From Candidatus Omnitrophota bacterium (GTDB lineage: Bacteria > Omnitrophota > Gorgyraeia > Gygaellales > Profunditerraquicolaceae): a DNA stretch of 64,000 nucleotides. A program made the position numbers and the translations under genes. A model generated the notes under the pieces. It was not told where the DNA came from, searched no databases, and was given only the letters and a program-made list of their open reading frames with translations. Numbering within the stretch: the stretch's first letter is position 1; the number at the start of each line of letters is the position of its first letter. Shown one piece after another: positions 9,167 through 21,712 of the stretch. The stretch covers positions 168,793 through 232,792 of the forward strand of contig JAQUQW010000001.1 of assembly GCA_028716245.1 (NCBI GenBank), read 5' to 3'.

Positions 9167-12100
9167 TGGAAGAGATCGTATCGTTTGACAGTATTTCAAT
9201 TAAGATTGCCAGCCCTCAGGTAATTAAAGGATGGTCTAAGGGCGACGTCAAAAAAGCCGAAACGATTAATTACCGCACCCTCAAGCCGGAAAAAGACGGC
9301 CTGTTTTGTGAAAAGATTTTTGGCCCGGTGCGTGACTGGGAATGTAATTGCGGTAAATATAAAGGCATAAAATTCAAAGGTATTACCTGTGACCGTTGCG
9401 GAGTAACGGTTGATCGTTCAAGTGTCCGGCGCGAACGCATGGGGCATATTGATTTAGCTACGCCGGTTACGCATATCTGGTTTTTTAAGGCTGTGCCCAG
9501 CAGGATGAGCGCGCTCTTAGATATCGGCTTAAGGGATTTGGAAAGAATTATCTATTATGAGGAATATGTTGTAGTGGATCCCGGGAGTACGCCATTAAAG
9601 AAAAAAGAGCTGCTTACCGATGAACAATATCAGGAAGCGCTGAGCAAATATGGCGCAAGTTTCAAGGCCAAGATTGGCGCCGAGGCAATCAGCGAACTTT
9701 TGAAGGAATTAGACCTGGATGCGGTCTGCCGTAAATTCAGGAAAGATTTAGAGAAATCCAAAGACGTTTTAAATAACCGCAAAGCGATTAAGAGCTTAAA
9801 GATTGTCGAGGATTTTAAGAAAAGCGGGAATAAGCCGGAATGGATGATTTTAGAAATTGTTCCGGTAATCCCTCCGGATTTGCGCCCCCTGGTTCCTTTG
9901 GAGGGCGGAAGGTTTGCCACAAGCGATCTTAATGATTTATACCGCCGGGTAATTAACCGCAATAATCGTTTAAAGAAATTAATGGAGTTAAGTGCCCCTG
10001 AGATTATTATCCGCAATGAAAAGCGCATGCTTCAGGAAGCAGTGGATGCGCTTTTGGATAATGGCCGCCATGGTAAGCCGGTAAACGGCGCCAATAACCG
10101 TCCGTTGAAATCCCTTTCCGATATGCTTAAAGGAAAGCAGGGAAGGTTCCGCCAGAATCTTCTGGGTAAGCGCGTAGATTATTCGGGGCGTTCGGTAATT
10201 GTTGTGGGCCCGGAGTTAAAACTTCATGAATGCGGGCTTCCTAAACAGATGGCCCTGGAGTTATTTGAGCCGTTTATTATTAAGAAATTAAGAGAAAAAG
10301 GGTTTGTACATACGATCAAAGGCGCCCGCCGAATGGTTGAGCGCGGTAAGATCGAAGTCTGGGATATTTTGGATGAAGTGATTAAAGACCATCCGATCAT
10401 GCTCAACCGTGCCCCGACCCTGCACCGTTTAGGTATTCAGGCATTCCAGCCGTTGTTAATCGAAGGAAAATCAATAAAAATACATCCATTAGTTTGTACT
10501 GCTTTTAACGCCGACTTTGACGGGGATCAGATGGCTGTGCATGTGCCTTTATCCTTGGAATCACAATTAGAGACCAAGGTGCTCATTATGGCCATTAATA
10601 ACATATTTTCTCCTGCTGATGGCCGGCCGGTAATTTCTCCTACTCAGGATATAATTTTGGGCCTGGCATATTTGAGCCGGGAAAAAGCAGGCGCGCAAGG
10701 CGAGGGAAAAATCTTCTCCAGCCCTGATGAAGTTTTAATCGCTTATGATGATAAGGCAGTGGAGTTACACGCTAAAATCAAGATTTACGTTCATAGCTTA
10801 TATAATTTTGACCAGAAAAAGGCCATTGACGCAAAGCAGATGATCACGACTACTGTCGGCCGGGTATTATTCAATCAGGCCTTGCCTCCCGAGTTTGGGT
10901 TTGTCAATTGTGATTTAAATAAAGGTAAGGTCAGCGATGTGGTGGTTAGCTGCTATAAGAGGTTTGGCCACACTACGACCATTAAACTGCTCGATGATAT
11001 TAAAAGATTAGGTTTTGAGATGGGCACCCTGGGCGGTATCTCTATTGGAATTGATGACATGACTGTTCCCGTAGATAAGCCCCAAGTTTTAAAAGAATCT
11101 AAAGAAGAGGTAGCTAAGGTTGAAGATCAATACCGTAAAGGTATCATTACTGACAGCGAGCGTAAATCCAAGGTAATTGATATCTGGACGCACGCGACGG
11201 ATAAAATTTCGGATCTTTTGTTTAAGGGTATGGATTCTTTTAACCCGATCTTTATGATGGCAGACAGCGGGGCGCGCGGTTCGCGCCTGCAGGTCAGGCA
11301 GCTTGCCGGTATGCGCGGCCTGATGGCTAAGCCCAGCGGGGAAATCATTGAGAACCCGATTACGGCAAATTTCCGCGAAGGCTTGAATGTTTTAGAGTAT
11401 TTTATTTCTACCCACGGCGCGCGAAAAGGCTTGGCTGATACTGCGCTTAAAACCGCGGATGCAGGTTATTTAACCCGCAGGCTGGTCGATGTTGCTCAAG
11501 AGGTGATTATTTGCGAGGAGGATTGCGGGACGCTTAATGGTATTACGGTTTCGGCGATTACTGAAGGTGACGAAGAGGTGGTCGGGCTTAAAGACCGGAT
11601 CATCGGAAGAGTTGCTTTGGACAATGTGGTTGATATTATTACCGATGAGGTTATTGTTGAGCAGGGAAGCGAAATAACCGAGGAGAAGACCGAACAGATT
11701 GAAAGATTAGGAATTGAAAAAATCCGTATTCGCAGCGTTTTAACCTGTGAATCCGGAAGGGGAGTTTGCGCTAAATGTTATGGCCGCAATCTTTCTACCG
11801 GCAGGTTAATCGAATTAGGAGAAGCTGTCGGGGTTGTGGCTGCCCAGAGTATCGGTGAGCCCGGTACGCAGTTGACCATGAGGACATTCCATATCGGAGG
11901 TACCGCCTCAAGGACTATTGAGCAGTCATTTATTAAAGCCAAGAATGAAGGTATAATCAAATATCATAATTTAAGGGTTACGCTTAAGAATAAAGAGTAT
12001 GTCGTCTTAAACAGAAATGGGGCAATCAGTATTAACGATGCCCAGGGCCGGGAACTAGAGCGTTATCCGCTTCCGCAAGGCGCGTTCATTCTTATTGCCG

Positions 12101-13200
12101 ACGGAGAAAAGGTTACCAAGGGGGTATCTTTTGTGCATTGGGATCCTTATACCTTACCGGTGCTTACTGAAGTTGGCGGTATAGTGCGTTTTGAAGATTT
12201 ACGCGAAAATGTTACGATGCGTGAAGAGATTAATCCGGTCACAAAATTAGCTGAGCGCGTAGTGGTTGAACATAAGCCGGAGTATCATCCTCAGGTAGTT
12301 ATCCTGGATGATAAAAAAGAAGTTTTAGGGATATATCCTATTCCTATCGGCGCCCACATTATTGTTCGCGATGGCGAACGGGTAGGCGGAGGAGACCTCC
12401 TGGCAAAAATTCCGCGTACCGTTGTTAAAACCCGCGATATTACCGGCGGCCTTCCGCGCGTTGCCGAGCTTTTTGAAGCCAGGCGCCCGAAGGATCCGGC
12501 CATTATCAGTGAAATTGACGGGTTTGTTGAGTTTGGGGAAACCAAGAAAAATCAGCGCGTAATCATTATAAAATCGGCAACCGGCATGGCCAGGGAATAT
12601 ATTATTCCCCATGGTAAACATCCGAATGTTTACAAAGGGGATAAAGTTACCGCCGGCCAGCAGCTTACCGACGGTCCGGTAGTTTTGCAGGATATTTTAA
12701 GTGTCTGCGGCGATAAGGTTTTGCAGGAGTACTTGGTAAATGAAGTGCAGGAGGTTTATCGCTTGCAGGGAGTGCGGATTAATGATAAGCATATCGAAGT
12801 AATTATCCGCCAGATGCTCAAAAAAGTAAGGGTTGAGGATCCGGGTGATACGGAGTTTTTGGCTACCCAGCAGGTAGATAAATGGGTATTCCAAAAAGAG
12901 AATACCCGGGTGATCAAAAAAGGCGGCAAGCCGGCTCAGGCAACGCCCCTGCTTTTGGGCATTACCAAGGCTTCGCTTACTACCGAGAGTTTTATCTCCG
13001 CTGCCAGTTTTCAGGAAACTACCCGCGTTCTAACCGAGGCGGCAACCAGCGGTAAACGGGATGAATTATTTGGTTTAAAAGAAAATGTTATCGTTGGGCA
13101 CTTGATTCCGGCTGGTACCGGATTTAGGGCCCATCGCGATATTGAAGTAGTAAAAGTAGGAGCTGAAAACAGCGAGGAAAAGAAAGAGAAAAAGGAATAA
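9166..13200 (+). CDS. rpoC: DNA-directed RNA polymerase subunit beta'
   Basis: 1344 aa; NADFDGD catalytic motif and Zn-binding CxxC cluster near the N-terminus. Confidence 0.97.
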   Translation: MEEIVSFDSISIKIASPQVIKGWSKGDVKKAETINYRTLKPEKDGLFCEKIFGPVRDWECNCGKYKGIKFKGITCDRCGVTVDRSSVRRERMGHIDLATPVTHIWFFKAVPSRMSALLDIGLRDLERIIYYEEYVVVDPGSTPLKKKELLTDEQYQEALSKYGASFKAKIGAEAISELLKELDLDAVCRKFRKDLEKSKDVLNNRKAIKSLKIVEDFKKSGNKPEWMILEIVPVIPPDLRPLVPLEGGRFATSDLNDLYRRVINRNNRLKKLMELSAPEIIIRNEKRMLQEAVDALLDNGRHGKPVNGANNRPLKSLSDMLKGKQGRFRQNLLGKRVDYSGRSVIVVGPELKLHECGLPKQMALELFEPFIIKKLREKGFVHTIKGARRMVERGKIEVWDILDEVIKDHPIMLNRAPTLHRLGIQAFQPLLIEGKSIKIHPLVCTAFNADFDGDQMAVHVPLSLESQLETKVLIMAINNIFSPADGRPVISPTQDIILGLAYLSREKAGAQGEGKIFSSPDEVLIAYDDKAVELHAKIKIYVHSLYNFDQKKAIDAKQMITTTVGRVLFNQALPPEFGFVNCDLNKGKVSDVVVSCYKRFGHTTTIKLLDDIKRLGFEMGTLGGISIGIDDMTVPVDKPQVLKESKEEVAKVEDQYRKGIITDSERKSKVIDIWTHATDKISDLLFKGMDSFNPIFMMADSGARGSRLQVRQLAGMRGLMAKPSGEIIENPITANFREGLNVLEYFISTHGARKGLADTALKTADAGYLTRRLVDVAQEVIICEEDCGTLNGITVSAITEGDEEVVGLKDRIIGRVALDNVVDIITDEVIVEQGSEITEEKTEQIERLGIEKIRIRSVLTCESGRGVCAKCYGRNLSTGRLIELGEAVGVVAAQSIGEPGTQLTMRTFHIGGTASRTIEQSFIKAKNEGIIKYHNLRVTLKNKEYVVLNRNGAISINDAQGRELERYPLPQGAFILIADGEKVTKGVSFVHWDPYTLPVLTEVGGIVRFEDLRENVTMREEINPVTKLAERVVVEHKPEYHPQVVILDDKKEVLGIYPIPIGAHIIVRDGERVGGGDLLAKIPRTVVKTRDITGGLPRVAELFEARRPKDPAIISEIDGFVEFGETKKNQRVIIIKSATGMAREYIIPHGKHPNVYKGDKVTAGQQLTDGPVVLQDILSVCGDKVLQEYLVNEVQEVYRLQGVRINDKHIEVIIRQMLKKVRVEDPGDTEFLATQQVDKWVFQKENTRVIKKGGKPAQATPLLLGITKASLTTESFISAASFQETTRVLTEAATSGKRDELFGLKENVIVGHLIPAGTGFRAHRDIEVVKVGAENSEEKKEKKE

Positions 13201-13203
13201 CCT

Positions 13204-13581
13204 ATGCCCACAATTGCCCAGTTAATCAGACACGGTAGAATTTCGAAAAAGAAGCGAAGTAAGTCTCCGGCTTTAAAAGCTTGTCCTCAAAGGAGAGGCG
13301 TATGTATCCAAGTGCGTACGATGACGCCGAAGAAACCTAACTCTGCGCTGCGTAAGATTGCCAGGGTCAGGCTGACAACGGGCTTAGAAGTTACTGCCTA
13401 TATTCCGGGTGAAGGGCATAATCTTCAGGAGCATTCCATTGTTATGGTCAGAGGCGGCAGGGTTAAAGATTTACCCGGTGTGCGTTACCATATTATCAGA
13501 GGCACATTGGATGCTTCAGGGGTTAACGCCCGCAGAAGAGGGCGCTCTAAATACGGAGCCAAGAGGCCAAAAGCGGCTTAA
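13204..13581 (+). CDS. rpsL: 30S ribosomal protein S12
   Basis: [12 protein letters not shown]...[10 protein letters not shown] motif. Confidence 0.97.
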   Translation: MPTIAQLIRHGRISKKKRSKSPALKACPQRRGVCIQVRTMTPKKPNSALRKIARVRLTTGLEVTAYIPGEGHNLQEHSIVMVRGGRVKDLPGVRYHIIRGTLDASGVNARRRGRSKYGAKRPKAA

Positions 13582-13588
13582 TAATTTA

Positions 13589-13640
13589 TACCCCGCGCTT
13601 ATAAGGTATTGCGCGGGTGTGCCCTTGTGGGCAAAGGATA
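13589..13640 (+). repeat. GC-hairpin repeat element (full copy) upstream of rpsG
   Basis: taCCCCGCGC-ttataaggtatt-GCGCGGG-tgtGCCCttgtGGGC-aaagga, then ATG at 13645. Confidence 0.85.
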
Positions 13641-13644
13641 ATCG

Positions 13645-14115
13645 ATGAGAAGAAGAAAAGCGCAGGAAAAAGTTATTCTAGCAGACCCTAAATATAACAG
13701 CAAAATAATCGCCAAGTTTATGAATATGGTTATGGTCGACGGAAAGAAGGCTGTGGCGGAAAAATTAGTTTACAGCGCTTTTGATATTGTGCTCAAGAAT
13801 TTAAATGAGCAGGATATTTTAAAAGTATTTTATAAGGCATTAGATAATGCCCGGCCGCGCCTGGAAGTAAAACCGCGCAGGGTTGGCGGGGCTACTTATC
13901 AGGTGCCGATAGAAGTAAGGCAGGAGCGCGGCACCTCCATTGCCTTGCGTTGGATCAGGGATTTTGCCCAGAATAGAAAAGGCAAGCCTATGCAGGAAAA
14001 ATTAGCCGATGAAATTATCGCCGCGTACAAGGGCGAGGGTTCGGCAATCAAAAAGAGGGATGATACGCATAAGATGGCTGAGTCCAACAAGGCCTATGCG
14101 CATTTTAGATGGTAA
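13645..14115 (+). CDS. rpsG: 30S ribosomal protein S7
   Basis: S7 family sequence; str operon order. Confidence 0.95.
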   Translation: MRRRKAQEKVILADPKYNSKIIAKFMNMVMVDGKKAVAEKLVYSAFDIVLKNLNEQDILKVFYKALDNARPRLEVKPRRVGGATYQVPIEVRQERGTSIALRWIRDFAQNRKGKPMQEKLADEIIAAYKGEGSAIKKRDDTHKMAESNKAYAHFRW

Positions 14116-14202
14116 ATAGTTCCCGCCTCAAATTATTCGGCGGGATTAATTCGCGCATTAACTTACTCACACTGTCGTGTTCGTAAGTTAAGCGCTCATT
14201 AA

Positions 14203-16299
14203 ATGAGAAAGATTCCTTTAGATAAAATTAGAAATATCGGAATAATTGCCCACATCGACGCCGGAAAAACTACGACCAGCGAGCGTGTTTTGTTTTATAC
14301 TGGTAAAAATTATAAGATTGGCGAGGTGCATGACGGGGCAGCGACTATGGACTGGATGGTCCAGGAGCAGGAAAGGGGCATTACGATTACCGCCGCCGCG
14401 ACTACTTGTAAATGGAAGGATATCACGATTAATTTAATTGATACTCCGGGCCACGTGGATTTTACCATTGAAGTGGAAAGGTCATTGAAGGTTTTAGACG
14501 GTGCGGTGGTTGTTTTTTGCGGAGTCGGAGGGGTTGAACCGCAATCAGAAACCGTATGGCGCCAGGCGGACCGTTATGGCGTGCCAAGGATCGCCTTTGT
14601 CAATAAGATGGACCGCACAGGTTCGGATTTTTTTGCGGCAATTGACCAGATGCACCAAAGACTAGGAGCCAATGCCGCGGCAATCCAGCTTCCGGTTGGC
14701 CGGGAAGGCGGTTTTAACGGGCTTGTAGACTTGGTTGAGAAAAAATTGATTCATTATGAAGATGAACTCGGGAAAGAATTTGAGATAAAAGAAATTCCGG
14801 AAGATTTAATTGCCGATTTTGAAAAACACCGTATGATCCTGGTGGAAAAAGTTGCCGAAGCGGATGATAAAATTATGGAAGATTATTTACAGGGTAAGGT
14901 TGTAACTAATGAAGAGTTAAAAGCGGCCATCCGCAGAAGCGTAATTGCAAATAAATTTGTGCCGGTCCTTTGCGGATCGGCTTTTAAAAATAAAGGCGTG
15001 CAAATGGTCTTGGATGCGGTAAAGGATTATCTGCCTTCTCCGGTTGATGTGCCCCCGGTAAAAGGCACAAATCCGGATACGGGGGAATTCGAAGAGGTAA
15101 CCGCAAGCGATGAAGCTCCTTTTACTGCCTTATGTTTTAAGGTAGCCTCAGATCCTTTTGTCGGCAAAATCTATTTTACAAGAATGTATTCGGGAACGCT
15201 TGCTTCGGGAACTTATATTTACAATGCTACTAAAAGAGAAAGAGAGCGTGTGACTAAAATTGTTAAAATGCACGCTAACCACCAGGAGGTTACGGACAGT
15301 ATTTCTACGGGCGATATTGCCGCGCTGGTGGGTTTAAAAGATACCAAGACCGGTGACACTTTATGCACGGAAAAAAACCCGATTCTTATTGAAGCCATGC
15401 GTTTTCCGGAACCGGTTATTCAGCAGGCAATTGAGCCTAAGAGCAAGGATGCCCAGGAGAAACTGGGTATTGCCATGCATAAGTTAGAAGATGAAGATCC
15501 GTCATTTCGGGTTACTTATAATCAAGAGACCGGACAGACCCTGATTGCCGGTATGGGCCAGCTGCATTTGGAAATTATTATTGACCGGATTTTACGCGAG
15601 TTTAATGTTGAGGCTACGGTTGGGGCTCCGCAGGTTGCCTACCGGGAGACAATCAAGAAAAGTGTTCCTAGCGTCGGAAAATTTATTTCCCAATCCGGCG
15701 GCCGCGGGCAATACGGCCATTGTGTCATTGAGATGAGTCCGCAAGAGACTCCGGGCACAGGCATAACCTTTGAAGATAAAATAAAAAGCGGCGCTATCCC
15801 GCGTGAATTTATCCCGGCGGTAAAACAGGGCGTAATGGGCGCGGCTAAGAATGGCGTTTTGGCCGGTTATCCGGTTACCGATGTCAAAGTTGTTTTGGTC
15901 GACGGTTCATTTCATGAAGTCGATTCTTCGGAATTGGCATTTAAAATGGCAGGTTCCCTGGCTTTTCAGGATGGGATGAAAAGGGCCAAGCCAGTTTTAT
16001 TAGAACCGATTATGGATATTGAGGTAGTTGTGCCCGAAGAATTTATGGGACAGATTATCGGTGATTTAAGCAGCCGGCGCGCAAAAATAATTGCCCTTGG
16101 TCAGAGGTTAAATTTACGTACCATCCGTGCCAATGTTCCGTTGTCGGAAGTTTTTAATTACGCAACGGTAATAAGATCCTTGACACAGGGCCGTGCATCA
16201 TATACAATGGAACCTTCCTTTTACAGCGAAGTTCCAACACAGGTAGCGGAAAAAGTTATTCAAGGCTCAACAAACACAAAAGAAAGAAAGACATTTTAA
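14203..16299 (+). CDS. fusA: elongation factor G
   Basis: [11 protein letters not shown]-loop, RGITI switch I, 698 aa. Confidence 0.97.
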   Translation: MRKIPLDKIRNIGIIAHIDAGKTTTSERVLFYTGKNYKIGEVHDGAATMDWMVQEQERGITITAAATTCKWKDITINLIDTPGHVDFTIEVERSLKVLDGAVVVFCGVGGVEPQSETVWRQADRYGVPRIAFVNKMDRTGSDFFAAIDQMHQRLGANAAAIQLPVGREGGFNGLVDLVEKKLIHYEDELGKEFEIKEIPEDLIADFEKHRMILVEKVAEADDKIMEDYLQGKVVTNEELKAAIRRSVIANKFVPVLCGSAFKNKGVQMVLDAVKDYLPSPVDVPPVKGTNPDTGEFEEVTASDEAPFTALCFKVASDPFVGKIYFTRMYSGTLASGTYIYNATKRERERVTKIVKMHANHQEVTDSISTGDIAALVGLKDTKTGDTLCTEKNPILIEAMRFPEPVIQQAIEPKSKDAQEKLGIAMHKLEDEDPSFRVTYNQETGQTLIAGMGQLHLEIIIDRILREFNVEATVGAPQVAYRETIKKSVPSVGKFISQSGGRGQYGHCVIEMSPQETPGTGITFEDKIKSGAIPREFIPAVKQGVMGAAKNGVLAGYPVTDVKVVLVDGSFHEVDSSELAFKMAGSLAFQDGMKRAKPVLLEPIMDIEVVVPEEFMGQIIGDLSSRRAKIIALGQRLNLRTIRANVPLSEVFNYATVIRSLTQGRASYTMEPSFYSEVPTQVAEKVIQGSTNTKERKTF

Positions 16300-16306
16300 A
16301 AAAACA

Positions 16307-16357
16307 CACCCCGCGCTTATAAGGTATTGCGCGGGTGTGCCCTTAGGGGCAAGGAGG
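16307..16357 (+). repeat. GC-hairpin repeat element (full copy) upstream of tuf
   Basis: caCCCCGCGC-ttataaggtatt-GCGCGGG-tgtGCCCttagGGGC-AAGGAGG, then ATG at 16365. Confidence 0.85.
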
Positions 16358-16364
16358 ATAAGAA

Positions 16365-17567
16365 ATGGCTAAAGAAAAATTTGTAAGGAGTAAGCCGCAC
16401 GTCAATATCGGGACCATCGGGCACATCGATCACGGTAAAACTACCCTTACTGCTGCTATCTGCAATGTTCTTTCCAAGCTTGGAAAAGCTACTGCCAGAG
16501 ATTACGCGGATATTGCTAAAGGCGGAACAGTGCGCGATGACACAAAGGTTGTTACCATCTCTGTTGCTCACGTCGAATATGAAACAGACAGCCGCCATTA
16601 CGCCCATATCGACTGTCCGGGCCATGCGGATTATATCAAGAATATGATTACCGGTGCCGCCCAGATGGATGGGGCAATTTTGGTTGTTTCAGCAGCTGAC
16701 GGCCCGATGCCTCAGACCAGAGAACATATACTTTTGGCCCGCCAGGTAAATGTGCCGGCGATGGTCGTGTTTATGAATAAGGTTGATTTAGTGGATGACA
16801 AAGAGCTTTTGGATCTGGTTGAGATGGAAATAAGGGATCTTTTAACCAAATACGGATATCCGGGGGACAAAACGCCGATTATCCGCGGTAGCTCAAATAA
16901 AGCTTATGCGGCAACCGATCCTAATAGCCCAGAGGCCAAACCGATTTTGGATTTAATGAAAGCGGTTGATGAGTTTATTCCTCTTCCTCCCAGAGAGTTA
17001 GACAAGCCTTTACTGATGGCAGTCGAAGATGTTTTCAGTATTGAAGGTAGAGGGACTGTGGCAACCGGAAGAATCGAGCGCGGTAAGGTTAAAGTTGGCG
17101 AGGAAGTCGAGATTATCGGTTTAAGGCCGGAACCCAAGAAATCCGTAGTTACCGGAATCGAAATGTTCCGTAAGCTTTTGGATGAAGGCCAGGCTGGTGA
17201 TAATGTTGGTTTGCTTTTAAGAGGCGTAGAAAAGAATGATGTTGAGCGCGGAATGGTTATTGCGGCTCCCAAATCTATTCACCCGCACACGAAATTCAAG
17301 GCTCAGGTTTACATCCTGACCAAAGAAGAAGGCGGAAGGCACACTCCATTTTTTAAGGGGTACAGGCCGCAATTCTATTTCCGTACAACAGATGTAACCG
17401 GTACAGCCGGTCTTCCGGCTAACGTGGAAATGGTTATGCCCGGGGATAATGTGGCTTTGGATGTCGAGTTAATTACTCCGATTGCCATTGAGAAGGAATC
17501 ACGTTTTGCTATCCGTGAAGGCGGCCACACCGTAGGAGCAGGCGTAGTTACCGAGGTTATTGCATAA
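16365..17567 (+). CDS. tuf: elongation factor Tu (divergent switch I)
   Basis: [15 protein letters not shown]-loop, [12 protein letters not shown]. The canonical EEKARGITIN is replaced by DDTKVVTIS. Confidence 0.95.
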   Translation: MAKEKFVRSKPHVNIGTIGHIDHGKTTLTAAICNVLSKLGKATARDYADIAKGGTVRDDTKVVTISVAHVEYETDSRHYAHIDCPGHADYIKNMITGAAQMDGAILVVSAADGPMPQTREHILLARQVNVPAMVVFMNKVDLVDDKELLDLVEMEIRDLLTKYGYPGDKTPIIRGSSNKAYAATDPNSPEAKPILDLMKAVDEFIPLPPRELDKPLLMAVEDVFSIEGRGTVATGRIERGKVKVGEEVEIIGLRPEPKKSVVTGIEMFRKLLDEGQAGDNVGLLLRGVEKNDVERGMVIAAPKSIHPHTKFKAQVYILTKEEGGRHTPFFKGYRPQFYFRTTDVTGTAGLPANVEMVMPGDNVALDVELITPIAIEKESRFAIREGGHTVGAGVVTEVIA

Positions 17568-17570
17568 ACA

Positions 17571-17876
17571 ATGAATACGCAAAAGATTCGCATTAAATTA
17601 AAAGCCTATGATCACCGGCTTTTAGATCAGGCAGTTATCGAGATCGTGGATACCGTTAAGCGCACCGGGGCTAAGATTTCCGGCCCCGTGCCGCTTCCCA
17701 CAAAAAGGGAGATTTATACGGTGCTGCGTTCGGTGCACGTTGATAAAAAATCACGTGAACAGTTTGATTTATCTACCCATAAACGCCTTATTGACATCTT
17801 TGAACCTACAGCTAAGACCATCGATTCATTAAGGAAATTAAACCTGCCTGCAGGAGTGGACGTAGAGATCAAGTAG
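17571..17876 (+). CDS. rpsJ: 30S ribosomal protein S10
   Basis: [16 protein letters not shown] motif. Confidence 0.95.
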   Translation: MNTQKIRIKLKAYDHRLLDQAVIEIVDTVKRTGAKISGPVPLPTKREIYTVLRSVHVDKKSREQFDLSTHKRLIDIFEPTAKTIDSLRKLNLPAGVDVEIK

Positions 17877-17899
17877 TAAATCAAAGACGGATAAATTAA

Positions 17900-18535
17900 A
17901 TGATTGGTTTGATTGGTAAAAAAATTGGAATGACTCAGGTGTTTGCCTCGGATAACAGCCAGGTTGGGGTTACGGCTATCCAGGCCGGGCCTTGCCCGAT
18001 CCTGAGGGTTATGGATAAGAATATCCAATTGGGTTTTGATTTGGCAAAAGAAAAAAGTGTAAAGAAGCCGCAATTGGGGCTTTATAAAAAATTAAATATT
18101 GCTCCGCGTAAGGTGATTAAAGATATTTCAAAAGAAGCTAATGTTGAATATAAAGTGGGGGATGAGCTTAAAGTTGATCTTTTTGCCGAAGGCGATTTTG
18201 TGGATGTCCGCGGGACTTCCATTGGAAAAAGTTTCCAGGGTGGTATGAAGCGTTGGCATTGGAAGGGTGGTCCGAGAACCCACGGTTCAACTTCGCACCG
18301 CCGGGTTGGCTCCATTGGTTCCAGCACTACTCCCGGCCGTGTCTTTAGGGGGCATCATATGCCCGGGCACATGGGCGCCAAAAACGCAACGGTACAAAAC
18401 TTAAAAGTGATCAAAGTAGATTTAGAAAATAATCTTTTGTTGGTTGAGGGAGGGGTTCCCGGATTTAAAAATGGGTATCTAGTAGTTACCAAATCTTTTA
18501 AAAAGAAAGCAAAGAAAGCGGCAGTGAAAAAATAA
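17900..18535 (+). CDS. rplC: 50S ribosomal protein L3
   Basis: S10 operon order and sequence. Confidence 0.95.
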   Translation: MIGLIGKKIGMTQVFASDNSQVGVTAIQAGPCPILRVMDKNIQLGFDLAKEKSVKKPQLGLYKKLNIAPRKVIKDISKEANVEYKVGDELKVDLFAEGDFVDVRGTSIGKSFQGGMKRWHWKGGPRTHGSTSHRRVGSIGSSTTPGRVFRGHHMPGHMGAKNATVQNLKVIKVDLENNLLLVEGGVPGFKNGYLVVTKSFKKKAKKAAVKK

Positions 18536-18536
18536 T

Positions 18537-19181
18537 ATGTTTACCTTACCCGTATATAATAGCCAAGGCGCGGAAGTTGAGACGATAAAACTCGATGCCG
18601 CAATTTTTGACGCAAGCCTGAATACCAATAGCTTGCATCAGGCTATTGAAGGTTACCGGGCTAACCAGAGAAAAGGATTGGCTTCAACTAAGACCCGCGG
18701 CGAAGTTTCCGGAGGCGGTAAGAAACCCTGGAAGCAAAAGGGGACAGGGCGTGCCCGCGTAGGTTCCACGCGTTCTCCTCTTTGGAGGCATGGCGGGGTA
18801 GTTTTTGGCCCGCATCCGCGCGATTTTTCTTATGATGTCCCGCAAAAAATCAAGGCCGCGGCTTTAAAAACAAGTTTAAATCTTAAGCTCAAAGAAAATA
18901 ATTTTGTGGTCTTGGATGATTTTAAAATCGATGCGCCCAAGACTAAGGAGGCGGTAAAGGTATTTACTAATTTAAAATTATTTTCCGCAAAAGATAAAAA
19001 AATAAAAAAGGTTTTATTCTTAACGCATAAACTGGATGGCCAATTAAAAGTGTCCTTAAAGAATATTGGTTTCTTAACGGTAAATTTGGCTTCTGACTGC
19101 CATGCTTACGAAGTAATGAATAATCAAAAGCTGCTGATCACTAAAGCCGGATTAACGGATTTGACTAAGAGGTTAAAGTAA
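18537..19181 (+). CDS. rplD: 50S ribosomal protein L4
   Basis: S10 operon order and sequence. Confidence 0.93.
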   Translation: MFTLPVYNSQGAEVETIKLDAAIFDASLNTNSLHQAIEGYRANQRKGLASTKTRGEVSGGGKKPWKQKGTGRARVGSTRSPLWRHGGVVFGPHPRDFSYDVPQKIKAAALKTSLNLKLKENNFVVLDDFKIDAPKTKEAVKVFTNLKLFSAKDKKIKKVLFLTHKLDGQLKVSLKNIGFLTVNLASDCHAYEVMNNQKLLITKAGLTDLTKRLK

Positions 19182-19459
19182 TGACCGCAATTACCGCGAT
19201 AATTAAAGCACTTTTACAGACTGAAAAATCAAGCACCTATTTGCCTAAAGGCAAGTATCTTTTTTTGGTAGATAATTCTGCGAATAAGATCCAGATTAAA
19301 AGAGCCGTGGAGCAGGCTTATAAAGTTAAGGTTAAGGACGTCAATACCTTTGTTTCTATGGGTAAACTTAAAAGGGTAAGGCATCAATTGGGACGCACAT
19401 CCGACACGAAAAAAGCCGTAGTTACTTTAGTGGCCGGGCAAAAAATAGAGGTAGCATAA
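19181..19459 (+). CDS. rplW: 50S ribosomal protein L23
   Basis: S10 operon order and sequence. Confidence 0.9.
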   Translation: MTAITAIIKALLQTEKSSTYLPKGKYLFLVDNSANKIQIKRAVEQAYKVKVKDVNTFVSMGKLKRVRHQLGRTSDTKKAVVTLVAGQKIEVA

Positions 19460-19460
19460 T

Positions 19461-20297
19461 ATGGGGATCATTAAATTTAAACCGACAACACCAAGCCGCA
19501 GGCATATGAGCGGGCCGGATTTTTCCGAGATCACTAAGAATAAACCGGAGCGTTCCTTGCTGGTCGCGCTTAAGAAAACCGGCGGAAGAAATTCTTACGG
19601 CCGGATCACGACCCGCCATATCGGCGGCGGGCACAAGCGCATGCTGCGGATAATTGATTTTAAACGCAACATCTACGATCAGCCGGCAAAGGTTATTGCC
19701 ATTGAATATGACCCTAACCGTTCCGCCAGGATTGCTTTGGTTGAATACCCAGATAAGCGCAAGAGCTATATTATTGCTCCCTTGGGGCTTAATGTGGGAG
19801 ATATGGTTATTGCCAGTGATCAGAAAGATATTGAAATTAAAATCGGGAATTGCCTTCTTCTGCGTAATATTCCTTCCGGTACCTTGATTCATAATATTGA
19901 GTTATTTAAGGGCAAGGGCGGCCAAATTGTGCGCGGGGCAGGAACCAGCGCCCAGATTATGGCTAAAGAGGCGGATATGGCGCATATCCGATTGCCTTCC
20001 GGAGAGGTCAGGTTAGTAAGTTTAGATTGTCATGCTACTATTGGACAGATCGGTAATATCGATCATGACGCGATTGTTTTAGGCAAAGCCGGCAAGAGCC
20101 GCTGGCTGGGGATTAAACCTTCAGTAAGAGGAGTAGTAATGAATCCGTTTGACCATCCTCACGGCGGCGGAGAAGGCAAAAGCGGGCAGGGCAATCCGCA
20201 TCCGGTTACTCCCTGGGGCAAGCCGACTAAAGGTTATCGTACCAGGAATCGTAATAAGTATTCTAATAAATTTATCGTTAAAAGAAGGAAGCCATAA
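19461..20297 (+). CDS. rplB: 50S ribosomal protein L2
   Basis: Conserved L2 motifs ([14 protein letters not shown]). Confidence 0.97.
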   Translation: MGIIKFKPTTPSRRHMSGPDFSEITKNKPERSLLVALKKTGGRNSYGRITTRHIGGGHKRMLRIIDFKRNIYDQPAKVIAIEYDPNRSARIALVEYPDKRKSYIIAPLGLNVGDMVIASDQKDIEIKIGNCLLLRNIPSGTLIHNIELFKGKGGQIVRGAGTSAQIMAKEADMAHIRLPSGEVRLVSLDCHATIGQIGNIDHDAIVLGKAGKSRWLGIKPSVRGVVMNPFDHPHGGGEGKSGQGNPHPVTPWGKPTKGYRTRNRNKYSNKFIVKRRKP

Positions 20298-20299
20298 TT

Positions 20300-20587
20300 A
20301 TGCCGCGCTCACTGAAAAAAGGACCGTACGTGGAGGAAAGTTTATTAAAAAAGATAGAAAAGCAGACCAAAGCCGGATTGCGCCAGGCAATTAAAACCTG
20401 GAGCAGGCGCTCGACGATCCTGCCGGATTTTGTGGGATTGACCTTTGCGGTTTACGACGGCAAAAAGCACGTTCCGGTTTTTATTACCGAAAATATGGTC
20501 GGCCATAAATTAGGGGAATTTTCCCCTTCCAGGATCTTCAGGAAGCACGGTGGTATTAAGGCCAAGAAAGCGCTGGAAAAGACATAA
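20300..20587 (+). CDS. rpsS: 30S ribosomal protein S19
   Basis: [10 protein letters not shown] start. Confidence 0.95.
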   Translation: MPRSLKKGPYVEESLLKKIEKQTKAGLRQAIKTWSRRSTILPDFVGLTFAVYDGKKHVPVFITENMVGHKLGEFSPSRIFRKHGGIKAKKALEKT

Positions 20588-20588
20588 A

Positions 20589-20927
20589 ATGATTTCAAAA
20601 GCCGAAGGAAAATTTTTAAGGATTTCACCCAGCAAGGTGCGTATCGTTGCCGATCTTATCCGCGGCAAGGATGCCCTCCAGGCGCAAAGCATCCTGCTGC
20701 ATTTGAATAAAAGATCAAAAGAGTTCCTCATAAAAATATTGAAATCCGCGATCGCTAACGCTAAAGTCAAGGGTTTTGCGGCCGAGAAATTGTATATTTC
20801 CAAGATTGTTTGTAATCCCGGGCCGATGTGGAAAAGATTTAAGGCCGCTGCTTTTGGCCGGGCCGCATCAATAGTTAAGCGTACAGTACATATAAAAATT
20901 GAGTTGGATTTAAAGCCGGGGGAATAA
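20589..20927 (+). CDS. rplV: 50S ribosomal protein L22
   Basis: L22 family sequence. Start is more likely the internal ATG at 20589 (MISKAEGKF) just after the rpsS stop than the overlapping ATG at 20550. Confidence 0.9.
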   Translation: MISKAEGKFLRISPSKVRIVADLIRGKDALQAQSILLHLNKRSKEFLIKILKSAIANAKVKGFAAEKLYISKIVCNPGPMWKRFKAAAFGRAASIVKRTVHIKIELDLKPGE

Positions 20928-20930
20928 TTC

Positions 20931-21644
20931 ATGGGACATAAGGTAAGTCCGTTATTGTTAAGGATTGGTTTTATAAGGCAGTGGCATTCGCGTTGGTTTG
21001 CCAAAACCAAAGATTTCCCGCTGTTTATTCAGCAGGATTATAAGATTAGAAAATTTATTAAAAGTAAATTTAAGCAGGCAGCGATATCCAAAATTGTTAT
21101 TGAGAGGCTGGCCGAAAGGATTAAGATCCGCATATTCTCTGCCCGTCCGGGAATTATCATCGGCCGGCACGGTTCAGATATTGAGCGGCTGCGCTCGGAT
21201 TTAAATGGCTTAGTTAAAAATGAGCTGTCCATCGATATCCAGGAAGTAAATAATCCCGCCTGGGATGCGCAATTAGTCGCAGAAAACATTGCCTTACAGC
21301 AAGAGAAGAGGATTGCTTTTCGCCGGGCGGTAAAAAGAGCGATGGAGCAGTCAATTCAGGCCGGAGTAAAAGGTATCCGGGTCAGCTGTTCCGGCCGGCT
21401 TAACGGCGCGGAGATGGGCCGTAAAGAAACATATAAAATCGGCAAAGTTCCTTTGCAAACTTTACGTGCGGATATTGATTACGGTTTTGCCGAAGCCCTT
21501 ACTACCTACGGTTTAATCGGAGTAAAGGTTTGGATTTATAAAGGCGATATATTAGGAAAGCAGTTTGTTCAGGAGGAAGTTAAAAGCGCTCAAGCCGGCG
21601 GACAGCCTAAAGAAGCTTTTAGGCCCGCAGGACAACAGCGTTAG
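20931..21644 (+). CDS. rpsC: 30S ribosomal protein S3
   Basis: MGHKVSPLLLRIG start, KH domain. Confidence 0.95.
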   Translation: MGHKVSPLLLRIGFIRQWHSRWFAKTKDFPLFIQQDYKIRKFIKSKFKQAAISKIVIERLAERIKIRIFSARPGIIIGRHGSDIERLRSDLNGLVKNELSIDIQEVNNPAWDAQLVAENIALQQEKRIAFRRAVKRAMEQSIQAGVKGIRVSCSGRLNGAEMGRKETYKIGKVPLQTLRADIDYGFAEALTTYGLIGVKVWIYKGDILGKQFVQEEVKSAQAGGQPKEAFRPAGQQR

Positions 21645-21712
21645 AGCAAGGAGCTTGCCCTACCTCGTAAACTCGGTAGGACATCGCTAGATAAAGGATT
21701 AAAGGTGCTCGA

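Noticed and set aside
9630-13211. Minus-strand ORFs of 60-132 aa inside rpoC
   Set aside because: Shadow ORFs with low-complexity translation and no independent evidence.
13409-13648. 79-aa + strand ORF overlapping the rpsL 3' end and the repeat element
   Set aside because: It is an alternative frame of S12 plus read-through of the structured repeat. S7 starts at 13645 with a proper SD.
20510-21289. Minus-strand ORFs of 166, 70 and 83 aa across rplV/rpsC
   Set aside because: Antisense to conserved ribosomal protein genes, with no motifs.
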